In this document: one piece after another, positions 38,401 to 49,871 of the stretch
Layout of the letters: each line of letters opens with the position of its first letter
Numbering within the stretch: position 1 is the stretch's first letter
NCBI GenBank assembly: GCA_051294905.1
Contig: CM119380.1
Coordinates: forward strand, 12,338,001 to 12,402,000
Direction of reading: 5' to 3'
DNA: 64,000 nucleotides
Origin: Botryllus schlosseri
Lineage: Eukaryota
Position numbers and translations under genes: made by a program
Notes under the pieces: model-generated
Told to the model about the DNA's origin: nothing
The model's database searches: none
The model's input: only the letters and a program-made list of their open reading frames with translations

Positions 38401-41400
38401 GAGAAACCTGAATCGCAATATAATAATATGAAGCAAATTCCAACGTCCGCGTTTATAGTTAAATATTTTGCATTCCTCCCAACGCATACGCAGTGTTGAT
38501 GCCAATATATCACTGAAACGAAGGGAACATAGAAGTATGCCAACTTATATCATCGTTAGAGCCACTGTTTTTTCGGTCTATAACTTTTCAGCCGCGAAAT
38601 CATCGTATTATTGTCAATTCCACTGTTTGCGAATAAAAGTTGCAGCTAGAATAGAACCCCCATGATCCGCAATATAATGTAATATACTATTGTGTAGATA
38701 CGCTGGTTAATGAAGTATTCAAATGAAAAATAAGAGCATGGATTTTGAGGAATTTTGGTGCGGCCCGCGAGTGGTCTGAAGTGCTTAATCCGGCCCGCGA
38801 CATCAGTTGAGTTTGACACCCCTGGCCTAGGCCAACACGGCGTTAGGAGGCGTAAAAGTCTGATCAAAATCCGTCCCACGTTAAGTAAAAGAACGCTCAG
38901 CAGGTGAAAAATTATCCGAATATACTCACTTTCATTTGCAGGACTTCCACCTTGGTTGATAGTGAGCTCATTTATCACGCTGGCAATAACGTTGTTGTCA
39001 ATCTTCTGATCATCTTTGACCGCTGTCGTGGTGCCTAACGTGCAGAACAACGTTGTAAAACGTGAGTATGTTTACAGAGCCAAGCTGCACCCAAATCACC
39101 TTTCCACTGACCTAGTTATTAGATATAAATGTGGGGTGGGTTTTGTGTCATTTTGTGCACAATATGGGCAGTCGGTACCATCACCATAAATGCAGTCAGC
39201 GCACAAAATCCAGATCTATACTTCAAATCCAAATTGTATGGTGTTTTCCCCCGGCGTCATTCCAAAATACTAATCCAAAGAAAAATGAACTCACATGTGT
39301 CGGTAGGGGATTTCTCGCTGAAAAGTTTTTCGGTTGTTCAAGATTTCTGCGCCGTTTCTAGACCGCCAAATTGAATACTAGGAAGTCTGATACAGCATCA
39401 ATTCGGGTCCGTCTCTGCCCCAATGGCGGATATTAATCAAACGCGCGGTATATGCCACCTTCAATAATTTGGACTCGTATAGGTCCATGGCTGTAATCTC
39501 GTGTATGCACGTGGTGCGAATGCTTTGCATCGATAATTGTGAACACAGAGGGGCTTGAAATCAGGAGCATGATAATAAAGGTAAGGCCTTGTGGGTGTTG
39601 CGTTCGAATTACGATAGGTTTGGTGAGTTGAAAGCGAAAGGCTTGTGTATTTCCACCCGTGTACCACCCTTGTTACACGGGTGTGAATGGATGGCATCGA
39701 AACCAGAATCTATCTCTGACTTATACCGAGGTATAAATCGAGTACAACAGCTTAATCCAAATTATGCATGTGTAGGAACGTATGAAGATATGCACGTAGG
39801 AACGTAGAATTTAGGACCGTGATTTAATTCTGACTTAGCTTCTGTTTTCGTATACCACCCTTTTCGGGGGTACGTGCATGGTGCATGTGTATGTCGACTA
39901 TGTAGGCTATGTCGATGAGAAATCACCTCTTTTGAGCATAGGCCTACCAATGTGCAGCGTGCAATGCTATTGTATGTATGCAAAAAGACTTCACGGAAAT
40001 GAGCAAACTGAGACGATGGAAATCACGAAAATGCCACGAAACTTTCATTAAATCCGTCAAATCGAACATTTGACCAATTGACCAAATATAATCAGAAGAT
40101 ATATGCGAAGGGAGGTTTTTGTAGGTTGCGGCATGAAATCTGTTTTATTAGTCTTTCATTATTTCGGAAGTGGTTAATACGAGCGAACTGGGGCAACGTA
40201 AAGGAGAACGTGCATTTTGCGGGTCTTTCATTGCAACACCATGCTCTATTAAACTGAACTTTGTTCGTCATACTGAGAGTGTTCCAAATTGTGATTCGAA
40301 ATCAACGTCTTATCTTGAGGCCGCCTCTTTATCCTATCAAGCCGCTTCGCCTGGTGAATACTTAGAGTCGGCATCGCTGCGAAATAGTCCACATTGTAGA
40401 GATGGCCAACGTGCACAAAGTAGACTGATCCCCTTTTCAGTTCTTTAGGGTGTGAATACATACTCTTTTCGTTAAGAGTATAGGGAATGACTGGGGTGCG
40501 CTGCCGCTGCCTAATTCGTGGGTACCCAACCTTTTCTACACTTCGGCCCCTTAATGGCCCCTTAAGCCTCTTGATAAAGTTAGGAAGGGTTACTATAATT
40601 AATAAAACTGACGTTTAAACAGTAAAAGGTAATCAGAATGATAAACTGCTATAAATACAATCCACAACGTAAATGATACTGTAATAATTAGCTATTACAT
40701 CTTCAGTATAATGTACTGGTTGAGCTTGTTTTTACTCTGAAAATGTCTTAAATGCTGGTTTCGCGATATAAAAGGCAGGTCGCACGTCATACTGAATGTC
40801 CAAGACACTGCGCTGCGTTGTCTTCAGAAGCGAAAGCATGCATTTTCTTTTGTTATAGTTAAGTAGACTTACTAGAGATGATAATTTCCTATTTTTCTAT
40901 GCCCCACCTGAAAATGCCCACAGGTTCGGAGTCCCTGGTCGTAATGCTAATTGACCAAATCTTACTCGAAATTAACTAACTTGAGAAATTTTCAGACCGT
41001 TCAATATTGACTTCCACTTGAAGTGGTTTTGACATGTCTTGGAAATTGATACTTCTATTTTTACTACACGAGTAGCCACGCAGACTATACAGCATATACA
41101 CATGCGGGGTCACCTCTGCATATCAGTCAACAATACGTTGCATAATAGTATGACTAATCTCACATGATTCCATAATAAAATCGCAACACAGTGAGGCTTT
41201 CGAATTGAAAGCGATACAATTTCATTCGTATCAATAACCAACCTTCGGTTTTGTCTTTATCCACGACCGTTGCTCTCCCGGGTGTTTCGTCAGGGGATCG
41301 TCGGCCTTCTAGTTTTATAAAAATACGATATCACTAACGAATCAATCATTTGGTGTCAGCATTACTTACCGAGATCTATACTGTCTTGCACTATGAGTTT

Positions 41401-41592
41401 CATTTTTCCACCATCTTCTACGTCGGCGAATTCCAAACCAACAAAATCGTCAAACTTCTTCACGTAATACTGAATAGTGATTGGGCGGTTTCGAATTTCA
41501 TTTTCGAATACTTTCTCCACCTCAGCCTTGATTTCGGATTTGTCAATCACATCTATGACCTTATTTGTTTTGCAAGTAACGAGCAGCTTCAT
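20494..41592 (-). CDS. Tandem double NLR: PB1/Ubl-like - NACHT - LRR-like - linker - NACHT - LRR-like (~1,836 aa model)
   Basis: Exons 41592-41370, 39034-38930, 37280-35835, 35037-34733, 34203-34099, 32684-32535, 30575-30495, 30436-30260, 30201-30012, 29922-29875, 29269-29009, 27150-25756, 24699-24395, 23068-22925, 22736-22608, 22493-22413, 22359-22183, 22124-21941, 20498-20494. All GT-AG and phase-compatible, total 5511 nt; AATAAA at 20421-20416. The last exon is the least certain. Confidence 0.7.
20621..20651. mobile_element. 31-bp perfect hairpin micro-element (hAT-like TIRs only)
   Basis: CAGGGATATCTAAAA-C-TTTTAGATATCCCTG flanked by duplicated ggccatat. Confidence 0.7.
20927..21565. mobile_element. 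hAT MITE (TAGGGTTACCAT TIR)
   Basis: TIRs; TSD atttattg/atttatcg; contains nested element 21203-21388. Confidence 0.85.
21203..21388. mobile_element. Nested hAT MITE (CAGAGGTGGTCA TIR)
   Basis: Perfect 8-bp TSD gtgctggg; the same left end occurs at 63279. Confidence 0.9.
21683..21850 (+). repeat. SINE/LINE-like 3' end; second copy at ~43400-43567
   Basis: ggtgggtgtctgatt...tgtggtgt.ttgaa...aataaac followed by a short-repeat tail in both copies. Confidence 0.65.
23130..23672. mobile_element. GACTCGAGTC-rich MITE in an NLR intron
   Basis: Homologous to 9850-10271; imperfect TIRs. Confidence 0.7.
24395..24699 (-). CDS. LRR exon, NLR module 2
   Basis: LSAIDVSDIDL..., LKYLDLSFCNIDD; 305 nt, the same size as its paralogous exon 34733-35037. 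Confidence 0.85.
25103..25330. mobile_element. Fold-back (~228 bp) with inverted hammerhead motifs; Penelope-like pseudo-LTR remnant
   Basis: Near-perfect palindrome gaccttgatagc...gctatcaaggtc; AATAAA after the motif in the right arm; sits inside a fragment of the 33477-34047 MITE family. Confidence 0.8.
25174..25210 (-). ncRNA. Minimal type-I hammerhead ribozyme motif
   Basis: ACAC-CUGAUGA-A-GGAGC(AGA)GCUCC-GAAAGCUC/GUGU: full core, 5-bp stem II, 4-bp stem I, palindromic AGCU stem III. Confidence 0.7.
25756..27150 (-). CDS. NACHT exon, module 2
   Basis: Walker A ASAGSGKT, Walker B IIIFDGLDQ, sensor IFIASRE, WHD FSFCCQSFREFLTA. Confidence 0.95.
27490..27930. mobile_element. MITE fragment; family also at ~55450-55660 and 56635-56914
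   Basis: Shared gatggcatggaagg / gatatgacgataag / cgcgaattttt segments in inverted orientation. Confidence 0.6.
29381..29771 (-). mobile_element. tRNA-derived SINE in an NLR linker intron
   Basis: A box TAGCCAAGCG, B box GGTTCGAGTC, AATAAA + (CAAA)n tail, approximate TSD ccagagtt/ccagggtt. Confidence 0.75.
31407..31491. repeat. Minisatellite (cattgg(c)atcctcctatag x3)
   Basis: Visible tandem copies. Confidence 0.85.
31742..31916 (-). mobile_element. tRNA-derived SINE, copy 1
   Basis: A box TAGCGCAGTAG, B box GGTTCGAATCC; nearly identical to 34405-34578. Confidence 0.8.
31917..32457. mobile_element. 541-bp fully palindromic hAT fold-back MITE
   Basis: About 265-bp inverted arms TAGGGCTCTTCAAAAATGAC...; perfect TSD atatacac. 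Confidence 0.95.
33477..34047. mobile_element. MITE with TAGGGTTGCATTTAAAAC TIRs
   Basis: TIRs with tttaaac subterminal repeats; duplicated gataacct flanks. Confidence 0.8.
34405..34578 (-). mobile_element. tRNA-derived SINE, copy 2
   Basis: See 31742-31916. Confidence 0.8.
34733..35037 (-). CDS. LRR exon, NLR module 1
   Basis: LSVIDVSGISI..., LEYLNLCDCRFDD; 305 nt. Confidence 0.85.
35835..37280 (-). CDS. NACHT exon, module 1
   Basis: ASAGSGKTT, ILIFDGLDQ, IVIASRE, FFFCHQSMQEFLAA. Confidence 0.95.
38010..38824. mobile_element. hAT (Charlie-like) MITE
   Basis: TIR CAGGGGTGTCAAAC at both ends; TSD gtctaggc/gcctaggc. Confidence 0.9.
41370..41592 (-). CDS. First coding exon of the NLR: PB1/ubiquitin-like beta-grasp domain
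   Basis: ATG MKLLVTC...ITIQYYVKKFDDFVGLEFADVEDGGKMKLIV; strong phase-1 donor GTAAGT. Confidence 0.65.
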
Positions 41593-43717
41593 AACGTTGA
41601 GTAGTACTATGAAGGAACGTTTACATTGGTGACCCTCGAATGCTGAACGTAGAACTGTGTGTGTAATAAAACGATTTTGTGGCCGCAACTGCTGAGTTCA
41701 GACAATAGAGCCAGTGTCCACAACTATGGCTTAACACAACGCTTCGATTAATCGAATCCAAGTCGAGAGATAATTCGAATTACGTAGTAAGAGTCGATTA
41801 TTTTGAATAACGAATTTATCCGTTCCTGACAAAAAAAAAAGTTTTTTGTTACCGAGAAATATACTTTCAATTCTCTCCTCCTATCGCAGGAGCCTTGAAA
41901 CCTCGATTTATCGTAACGTACCGGACCAGGGTACGATTAATATTGGAAACGACATTTCCGCGAGCAACCCGCAGCATGGTCATTGGTCACAGAGCGTAAT
42001 GAAATTGTAATGGTCAAGAAGTGAAAAATTAATTTTGATGACTTGCAACTGGCACTGATTTCCTTCTGGGCCCGTAAGTCATTCTTATTGTTATGATGTT
42101 GTAAATAACGATACTCCAACAACGTAGGACCAGGCTGTAGCGAATGGATCAGGAGACCGGCCTACAGCCTATAGAAACGTCACACCTCGAAAACCAAACA
42201 TCGAAAATTGTTTGGCACGCGAGTTGGTAATAATTTGAGAGAATTCATAAATTGTTACGGCATTGCACACAAAATATTTCAAAACAATAGCGATGGTGCG
42301 AGCCCCTGAAGATTATCATTCGTGTGAACACGAACATTTTGTAATGTGCCTTGTGAACGCGAACGTGAACACGAACCTAGGATGTGACGTGAACTCATAT
42401 TGTTAATTCCAACTTCACATTTCTGTAAAGTAATATCCTGATATACACGATACCAAGCAATGACTCAGGCCACAATATGTCACAATGTTCATCAAGCATA
42501 GGCCCATACATGCGGACTTTTTAGGCATCACGAAATGTATCATCTGGAACAATCAAATTCTATAATTATTTCCTAAAATCAATGGCATCCGTCTTTTGCC
42601 AACAATTTCGCTGAGGACTTGCAAGGAACAATAAGCTTACGCCTTTACGGTCTTGGCTAAACGGCACAATGTAGTGTGTAGTCTTAAGGCGCAACTGATA
42701 CTGTTTAAATCCATATTACGTTCGAAGTTATAATATGGCATTCCTCTGCTGGGGGAAGGGGCTGCTAGCTCACTCAAGCCACTGCAAAAACTACAACATT
42801 AGGTTTTTGTATCATAGCCAGAGTCACAAGGGGGGCAGGTTGTGCGTCCAACCAATCACTGCTCGAAAGATTCGGTGTTCTACAGATATAAGATATGCGT
42901 AAACGAGAAATTTGAACAGCTTCTTGGAGGTACAAAACTTCAATATACAATTGAATTGTGCGAGAGCGTTCAATGTACTATTTTTAGATGATACACAAAC
43001 TCTTTTTGATGACACAGTCTTGACTGGTGTATTTTGATAAAAGTCGACTCCAAGTCACAGAAGGCCTAAAAAGGCTATAAGCGCCACTGAAAATGCCTTG
43101 AATTAGTAATAATAATAATAATTCTCGTCATCTAACCATCATAAGGCCGACAGGAAAGATCGTCGCTCTATCAAAGTATCAAACATGCAGGTCCTGACTT
43201 GTGGAACAGTATCTCGTCGGCTACCCAACAGTCATCGAGCATGTCCACATTCAAGTCATAATACAAGCAATTTCTACTGAATAAATACTAGTTAGTACTT
43301 CAGTTTACCGGGCCACGACTTGACATATCGATCTCGCCTTCCGTCACATGCCATCTCATTTTATCGCTTGTGTTATTGTGTTATCCTATTTTAATTTTCA
43401 TTCAGTGTGCAATGTGCATGTGCATTGTGCATGTCTGCTCTGTACATTGCCTAGGCTCGGGTGGGTGTCTGATTTCAAAAACTACGTTTCGAAACCTTCC
43501 ATTCTTTTATTGCATCGCAGTCTTGTGGTGTTTTGAATTGAGGAAAATTCTTAATAAACTGAACTGAACACTAGGGCTACAGCGATATTGCTCAGGGTGA
43601 AAGACCGGTTTCTATATACTCTCTACAGATAGTATCTCAAAATCAAGTTCTAGCTAACACACTAGTCGGACGGATTTGGTTTCCATGACAACATAAACAT
43701 ATAAAATCAAGATAGAT

Positions 43718-45878
43718 TAGGGTTGCCATACGTCCGGAATTTCCCGAACATGTCCGGAATTTCACTGTTCAAACTAGCGTCCGGGAGGAATTTCTAAAAT
43801 ATGCCAAATGTCCGGAATTTTGAAGACTTGACGCAGGCTCATAATTTTTTTCGTAAATCAGATTCAAAACAATATTTTTTGGGAATATTTATGTTGATGC
43901 ATGATATTTTTCTTCGCACTGCGCGCGATTTACTATTACATTTATTGAATTTAATATGGTGTCTACCACCCTCGCAAAAACTGAAATAAAATATAAATAA
44001 AAACAACCTTCATCACTGGAATAAGCCTAATTGTAATCGCAATTATAGGAGAACGGTATATTTCTAGATATCGTTAAGGCCGTTTAAATGCTTTATTCAA
44101 AGATAGTGGTTCCAAACGCGGGGGGGGGAGGGTCGTTTGCCTTTATTCTGGGGTTTTCGAATATGTTGAACGTAATCAGATTACAAAATAGCCCGTGAAT
44201 AAGTCTGGGCAAAGGTGCTGACTTCTTTTAGTAATCAGCTCTTCAAATTTTGATCTGGGGGGGGGGCAAAATTATTTCGTAAATTAGCATAAATTATATA
44301 GTATTTTTTGAAAATTTATGCAGCTTTTTCAAAAAAAAAATTCGCGCTCCGCGCCATTTCTCGTAGCCGGATATCTTGATTATTGGGTACTCTTCACCCA
44401 AGAAAAAATACGCAAGATTTATAAAAATGGGCATATCGGCGTTGGCTATTACCGCACCACGTCACACCGAGATATAAAGTTTTGGGAAATTTAACATGCG
44501 ACTCCAAGAGGTGTGCCAGAACGATCGGCAGCGAGAAAACCTTGGCCGAAAAGTACTGCGCTTATGCCGATACATATAAGTTTAATTGTCCTTAGGCGCC
44601 TAAATGACTGGTGCTGAATGTTCCTGTCTTGGCAATCTGAACCTTACAAGACAAATACCATCCCGCACGGAAAAATTATATGTCAGTGAAGAAATACCAA
44701 TTTCAAATCGTGTGCGTGCTATAGTTTAGCGGTACGTTTATGCGATTCAGCATTTTTTAATATTGCGGAGGTCACGAAATAACAATGTAACGAAGTCATA
44801 CCAACGGGTCCGCCAGCCCGAAAATGTTTAATTATTATTAACGGGCGTTACAGTTTCCAAGACACCTCTTTCAGCTCTACCGGCAAATCTGATTACGCGA
44901 GCAGAGAGGACAAGAAATTGATAGCAATATATATGCAATTCTCGATCTTATTGACCGATATTATTATCGATCATTGAAAATTTTCGCGCTTGGCGCGTGC
45001 TCACTAAATAGTACTACTAATTACGTGGTAAAAGCGAACTACGTGATGGAGGGGGGAGAGTCGGTTTATCACGGGAGCCCAAGACCCAAGTTCTTTTGGG
45101 GCCTGACGAAGTGCTGTTTCGTCCCTTCATACAGGTATACGCCCGGATATGTTTAATTATTATTATTATTGAGTGGTCCTACCTTTTCAAACCCACCTCA
45201 TTCCGCTCTACCGGTAAATCTTAATACGTGAGCAGAGAGAGGATTAAAATTGATAGCAATATATATGCAATTCTCGATCATATTGACCCATTCAATCTTA
45301 AATTATACGAATTTTTCACGCTTCGCGCCGTTAGACGAGACAATGTTACTCACACTTAATCTAGCTAGATGATAAGTAGCCGAAATAGCGTAGAGCCTGA
45401 GGGGGTCTGGGGGGCGAAGCCCACCATAAGTCCGGTTATCACCCTATGAGGGGCCCAAGACCAACGTTTGGGGGGGGGGGTGACGAAGTGCTGTTACGGC
45501 CCCGCCTCCACCCACTATCTGTGATCATCTGGGCGGAGAGTAGTATCTATATATAGTAATATATGGAACAACAAATATCATTGACAGAATTCATTCATAT
45601 AGAAACCAGATTCATATAACAAACACCCCCCCCCCCCCGCCCCCCCAGAAGTTGCATCGATGACCCTATAGTGTGTTTATTTGGGCGGGAAGGGGCTGAA
45701 AACATGTGCTTTCGGTCCCGGTTACACAACACACAGCCACATACTCCTGAACCGGATCGTGACCACCTCTGGTCTATGAGCAAAGCTTTGCTAGTGTGAC
45801 GTCATCACTAATTCTGAAGTCCACTAGTGGGCGCTAAAAAGTGTCCGGAATTTGGGTTGCAGAAATATGGTAACCCTA
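43718..45878. mobile_element. hAT non-autonomous element (TAGGGTTGCCATAC TIR), long form
   Basis: TSD agatagat/acatagat; ends shared with 51782-52920; internal direct repeats at ~44870-45000 and ~45205-45330. Confidence 0.85.
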
Positions 45879-46496
45879 ACATAGATCCCTATACGTTCGG
45901 TAGATTTTTTACATTACATATTCTTCATAATCATTTCGTCGATGTCAATAATTGATTGGTTGAATAAGCACAATTCGCTACCACCGACATGTAATGATCC
46001 TGTTGTTGTGGTATGAAAATAAAACATAGGCTAAAACAAGGGAAGCACCTATATATCTGACTTGCACTATTGATATTCCCAAAGAGTGACATAACCAAGA
46101 CTTATTTAGTGTGTCTTCATCTTTACTATACGTCATTGTTTACCGCTCCTCCCCAATTTTGTTCCGCTCCTTCATCCTGTCAACACCTATGCTATGAAAC
46201 TTAATGACAAACAGCAGCTAGCCGCTCCGCAATCTAACGACTCTACACGTATATAAGCTCAATGCATGGTAATCATTAATGTAATGTACGTATTGCATTA
46301 ATTTCAAATTTTCTCCAGCAATCACTATACGGGAAGAATATAATCATATAGTAAAAGATATGGGTGGCCTTACACTTCAGACTGCCGTAGACTTCGCTTT
46401 CACTAAATCGACGCTAGCTTCTGCTCTCCATTGAGGATAGCTATATCGTGTAATTGTAAGCGAAAGTAAATTCAATATAGTGAAGCTTCCTAAGAG

Positions 46497-47461
46497 TAGG
46501 GGAGATGTGGTACCGATGGATCAAAAATTAGAAAATGATCGCTGGCCCCAAAATGTTCAGCCGAAAACAGCAGGTCTTTTGCTGGTTCAGCACTTTGATA
46601 TAAGCTCTACCTATCGCGCACATATACACGAATATCCGTATTTTCAAAAAATATTTATGGACGTTCAAAATTTGTTGTTCGAACGTGCCATCGGTCCCCA
46701 CCCGGTGGGTCCAATGGCACACGACCCGGGGACCTAGGACACATATACCCTAAATGCCTCAGATGTGACAACTGTTCTTGCTCAGTATTATAATCTGAGC
46801 TATAGTAAGCCAAAGAAGAATGTTTGATCGCAACCGTCAAGAAATAGAATATATATTAACTCAAATGTTGTCATAAAATCACGTTTCGATTTAGGCTCGG
46901 ATTTATAAATTTGAGGGTACATACATATTGCCCGAAAATCGACAGTGTGACTTCCAAACACCTCGTTATAGCGATAAAACATCATATGCAATTATTACAT
47001 AAAGATTTTCTGTACGTAGGCATGTTTCATTTGTTTTATGATTAGTATGCTTGATTATTTTGCTTGATTTGGCTATGGTATCATCGGTCCCCACCCTACG
47101 AATTTTATATATGAATCGAAAAAATTCCACTCAAGGAAAATACTGAAAAAAATAATAGGTGCCATTATATAGCCTGATACAAGCCCTGCACTTCACAATA
47201 AAAATGATTGCTGGTTTGTTCGTGTTGAAGGTTACAAAGAAAAATGTATATGTCGATATAAATTTACTTTACACCCCCCAAAACAAAAAACATCTGTGAG
47301 AGACCCCATAGCTCGCGCACGTCGAATTTTTTTGTATGTGAGGAAAGATTTTGCCAGCAAGCAATTGTAGACAAGTTCACGGAGTGTAATCATGGAATTA
47401 TCATAGAGAATTTCCAAAGTATTTTCGGTCCCAGTGATCCATCGGTACCACATCTCCCCTA
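46497..47461. mobile_element. TIR MITE (TAGGGGAGATGTGGTACCGATGGATCA), possibly Tc1/pogo-like
   Basis: 27-bp perfect TIRs beginning and ending in TA. Confidence 0.8.
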
Positions 47462-48387
47462 TATGATCACTTTATTGATCTTAAGCCAATATTTGTAAAG
47501 GTTATTGTTCACGTCTCGAATTGTCCGAGTACAAATAAATCCGCTAGCAATTTATCGTGCAATAACACCGGTCAACACATATTTTAGGCAGACAAAGTAA
47601 GAGTGGTCTTTAGGGTTCCGAAGGGCACTGATTCCGAATATGACCTTGGTTTTTTTTTCAAATTGGCTCTGGTTCTGGAGGGCTATTTTGACTATAATCT
47701 CATATTTTCGCCGTATGGGCTACATAAAAAAACGGCGCAATCGTATAGTAAAGTTTACCCACTAAAGACTGTTTTAAATCCAAATTATAGCAACATCATT
47801 ATATTTTGAGGTATTAAATTTATCATAGTTGGAGACTTTCACGGATATCATGTACATAACTAAACTCCAATCATATATATACGTATCTACCTAACTACAC
47901 AAATAACGTTGCATTAATTAAATCAGTTTTATGACAACTACCTATTGTAAATTCGAAATAATCAGTTTGACCATAATTCATCGAAAAAAATGTTTTTCGC
48001 ATGATTTTCGCTTGTATGCAAGTTAGTGCAGTCACTCGAAACGTTCCAGTAATAGTCTGCCATAAAAAAGTTCATCTCAAACCCCAAGCTCTTTCCTCTG
48101 TTATTTCGATGTCTTGGTGGAACATTCCCCTTGCTCTTCACTCTAACCACCGAGATGATCAGGAAATATACCAAGATGACTGAACATGATATGAACTTTA
48201 ATGCTCATGTGTGCTCAAAGTTTTCCATGTGCAGATTTCAATTCGGGGATCAACAGTTTGTAGTTGGGTGCTTTGTAATATTCCAAAAAGTTTTATTTAC
48301 TAGATCCTAGATGGAATTCCATGCAGTGAGGTCCATCAAAGATACCAGTTTTAAGCATCTCGTTTGATAGGGATACTGGGTAGTAGG

Positions 48388-48902
48388 TAGGGCTGGGCAA
48401 AATGATTCGAGTACTCGAATCTGAATCGAGTATTAATTTTAATGATTCGAGTCGAGTAGTAAAAGACGATTTTTTCGAGTACTGAAATTATACGCTACTC
48501 GCAATTGAAAGTTAATTTACTAACGAGAATTATAGTTTTGATACTATTTTCCACTGAGGAAACCTGGAAACCTTGATTAGCCGCGTTCCAGCATGCGAGA
48601 CATAGTACAAAGCTACGAACGTTACTGGAAATAACACGTTTGCGAAGTCATGATCATCCCACAACATTGTCAACAAGTGCAATGAAACCGGTAGGGTCGA
48701 AAAAATATCAAATTATCTTTGACATGACGGATAACAGGCATTTTATTCTTTGTGTCGGCATAAAAGGTACATACTTGAACTTTGACGTAGTAGAATCTGG
48801 TGTGATGTCATAATGAGTGATACTCGAATACTCGACTCGACTCGAAGCATAATACGTGATTCAGAATCGAATCACTCAGGTACTCGATTTTGCCCAGCCC
48901 TA
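48388..48902. mobile_element. hAT MITE (TAGGGCTGGGCA TIR)
   Basis: Perfect TSD gtagtagg; inverted copy at 54045-54570. Confidence 0.95.
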
Positions 48903-49871
48903 GTAGTAGGTATTCCCACTTTGTTGGCTCAGCAGAAAATTTTCCATATAAATGTCAAAAGATATGAGACAAATATGAGTATTGTAGTTAAGCTTTGCAA
49001 GGAAATATTTGATTAGCTCTATAATCCTCTTTCATCTTGGTAGGATGACCAATTGGTAAAGGAAAAAAAATATAGGCTATTTCTTTCCTGTAAAAGTACA
49101 ATTTTCAGGCTTGAAAGACTGTTTTTTTGACAAACAAAGATCTCGCATCAGACCACGTTAATATTTATTGAATAACTGAGGACGATATGAGGTTTGTTCA
49201 TAGTCAATTACCTATTTATGCGCAGTATAAAAGTTAAAAATCTATGATATCCTTCCTACCAGGTGAAATGGGGGTAAATATTTGGTCTTCTTAGGGGTAT
49301 ACGTATCTTCTAAACTAGAATCAATAGGCAAAACTAATGTGATATTCGCAACCAGCAGCCTTGAGATCCCCAGAAACGACGCTTAGATTTTCTGCCAATT
49401 TTTATCATTTTGTTGACCAGTGTAATCGATCGTACTCGTAAGGAGGTCAAATACGTCCAAGGGGAACTCGGCCTAATGTAGCCAAGACTCTCTGTTCGAC
49501 ACGACGGGTACGGCACGCCGATATGTTATTGTTTGTCGAGAACATTAATGACGATGTGAATTGTCGAGGCCTGTTTCGGTGAAATTACACTACCCTGATC
49601 ACTTGACCAACATTCTATTGTTAAAATTGTGCACTCAGATTGCGTGCTAAGATTGCTGCAATATCTTGTTTGCATATATAATTGGCACTGCGTGCATGTT
49701 TACTAAGCATCAAGTATTTACCGACCTAAATCACATTTTGCTTGCTTTTCATGAAGTGCATCTGATTTTCATTATAGTCATAATAGGTCACAGTGTCGAA
49801 GCACTCTCGCCAAAAATGAAACAACCGGTTATGGCGGTGATGCTGGTAAAACTTGACAAACAAGGACGCAC

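Noticed and set aside
38930-39034. RHIM/amyloid signalling motif in NLR exon 2 (NNVIASVINELTINQGG)
   Set aside because: N/I/V-rich but lacks the (I/V)Q(I/V/L)G core; unsupported without a predictor.
41890-42000. Plus-strand exon after a strong acceptor
   Set aside because: Short, with no partner exons or homology.
47962-48190. Hydrophobic stretch as the integrin TM exon
   Set aside because: No GFFKR, no good acceptor and no phase link.
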